Source: a virus (taxonomy: Duplodnaviria; Caudoviricetes). From it: DNA of 56,640 nt. The notes beneath the pieces were generated by a model. That model worked only from the letters and a program-made list of their open reading frames with translations, had not been told where the DNA came from and searched no databases. The translations under genes and the position numbers were made by a program. Below, piece after piece: positions 55,807 to 56,640 of the stretch (the stretch's first letter is position 1; each line of letters starts with the position of its first letter). The stretch is taken from IMG/VR virus record IMGVR_UViG_3300002460_000037, positions 1 through 56,640 of that record, one strand, 5' to 3'.

Positions 55807-56088
55807 CTATGCCCGAGACCAAGACCAAGACCAAGCCCCAGACCGAGCCCCAGACCCAGACCCAGCACCAGTCCGAGCCCAAGACCGAGACCCAGACCGG
55901 GTCCAAGACCCAGACCCAGCACCAGACCGAGCCCCAGACCCAGACCCAGCACCAGTCCGAGCCCAAGACCGAGACCCAGACCGGGTCCAAGACCCAGACC
56001 CAGCACCAGTCCAATCCCGAGACCCAGATCGAGACCCAGCCCGATAACAAGACCGTTCGGCCCCGACCCGTAAGGTTGTAGCGCTCAT
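55807..56088 (-). CDS. Leader plus (S/A/T)(G/R/W) dipeptide-repeat peptide, copy 2
   Basis: AAGGA RBS; MSATTLRVGAER then hexamer repeats; exact 84-bp tandem duplication 55839-55922/55923-56006. Confidence 0.75.
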   Translation of the reverse strand: MSATTLRVGAERSCYRAGSRSGSRDWTGAGSGSWTRSGSRSWARTGAGSGSGARSGAGSGSWTRSGSRSWARTGAGSGSGARSGAWSWSWSRA

Positions 56089-56171
56089 TGTGGTTCCTTG
56101 TGGTGAGACTGAACCCCCGCACCGGGAAAGGGGTAGACCCGGTGCGGGCGGTCAGGGCCACCAGCCCGAGA

Positions 56172-56438
56172 CTAGATTTGGGTGCGAGGCAACGGATGCG
56201 TCCAGGGCGCAAAATCGACAATGACGTCGCGCGCGATATAGCAACCGTTCGGGTACGGCTCGACTTCGGCGAGCGTTCCCTTTTTGAGCGCGTCCGAGAA
56301 TCTGCCCGTGTCCGCGACCCAAGCCGCGTCCTCAAGTTGAATGTCCGAATCAGTAAGGGCGATAACACGACCGGTGTAGTACATAGTCACCGTTCGGATT
56401 AGATACGTCTCGCCGATTTTGAACGAAGTAGATTTCAC
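56172..56438 (-). CDS. Small beta-barrel protein (DUF6948-like), neighbour of the repeat peptides
   Basis: AGGAG RBS with GTG 56438; IGETYLIRTVTMYYTGRV....I.LEDAAWVADTGRF..AL..G...EVEP; family name recalled, not verified. Confidence 0.7.
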   Translation of the reverse strand: MKSTSFKIGETYLIRTVTMYYTGRVIALTDSDIQLEDAAWVADTGRFSDALKKGTLAEVEPYPNGCYIARDVIVDFAPWTHPLPRTQI

Positions 56439-56553
56439 GTTTTCATTCTCCTGTGCCTGTGGAAAAAAGGTTCGTAACGTCAACGTTTCAGACCACCCGA
56501 CCGCCCCGCATACACACAATGCGGTCGGGAAGTCCAGAACGCCTGGAAAATCG

Positions 56554-56640
56554 TCACCCGTCCCCGTCCCCGTACCCGTCCCCGGACCCGTACCCGTCCC
56601 CGGACCCGGACCCGTCCCCGTACCCGTACCCGTCCCCGGA
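56554..56640 (-). CDS. 3' end of a (G-D/Y/S)n repeat protein, truncated by the window edge
   Basis: Minus strand reads SGDGYGYGDGSGSGDGYGSGDGYGDGDG*, with every Gly encoded by GGG. Confidence 0.7.
   Translation of the reverse strand, partial: SGDGYGYGDGSGSGDGYGSGDGYGDGDG

Noticed and set aside
55759-56368. PRPRPS, QTQTQH, GLGLGL and WVWVL ORFs
   Set aside because: Shadow frames of the repeat; the 55807-56088 frame has the RBS and conserved leader
55839-56640. Possible CRISPR or other repeat-spacer array
   Set aside because: Continuous hexamer periodicity with no unique spacers and no cas-like genes

Overview
The window is most of a tailed dsDNA phage genome with podovirus-like architecture; the host is unknown, with only weak hints of Planctomycetota. 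82-34276 (+) is the packaging and virion module: intein-containing TerL, portal, scaffold, major capsid, decoration-like proteins, a head-tail adaptor built of three tandem domains, tail nozzle, two tail fibres, ejection proteins, and a ~3560-aa polyvalent protein (N6-adenine MTase, Strawberry-notch-type SF2 helicase, HExxH zincin). 34291-46396 (-) holds lysis-like genes (matrixin-type metalloprotease, holin-like proteins), an RNAP alpha-CTD-like protein, 5'-3' exonuclease, HNH genes, vWA, a Tad1-like anti-defence sponge, SF2 helicase, a ParB-like protein and an XRE HTH. 46488-53609 (+) holds YqaJ exonuclease, a Rad50-like ATPase, a Gp3-like recombination protein, small genes and a ~600-bp structured non-coding stretch. 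53610-56640 (-) holds a beta-helix protein, a small beta-barrel gene and repeat-peptide genes. No integrase, DNA polymerase, primase, tRNA or CRISPR array was seen. The most unusual observations are: (i) three hexanucleotide-repeat genes encoding alternating dipeptides, two sharing a conserved N-terminal leader, clustered with a small beta-barrel gene; (ii) at least five genes that keep both ends but lack their middle, including an HNH remnant in the +1 frame of the TerL intein; (iii) a promoter-leader-terminator design occurring twice, once ahead of a candidate large structured RNA; (iv) a 42-bp A-tract element beside a palindrome, shared by the terL upstream region and the ParB-like gene. 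All family assignments come from motif recognition by eye; no searches were run.
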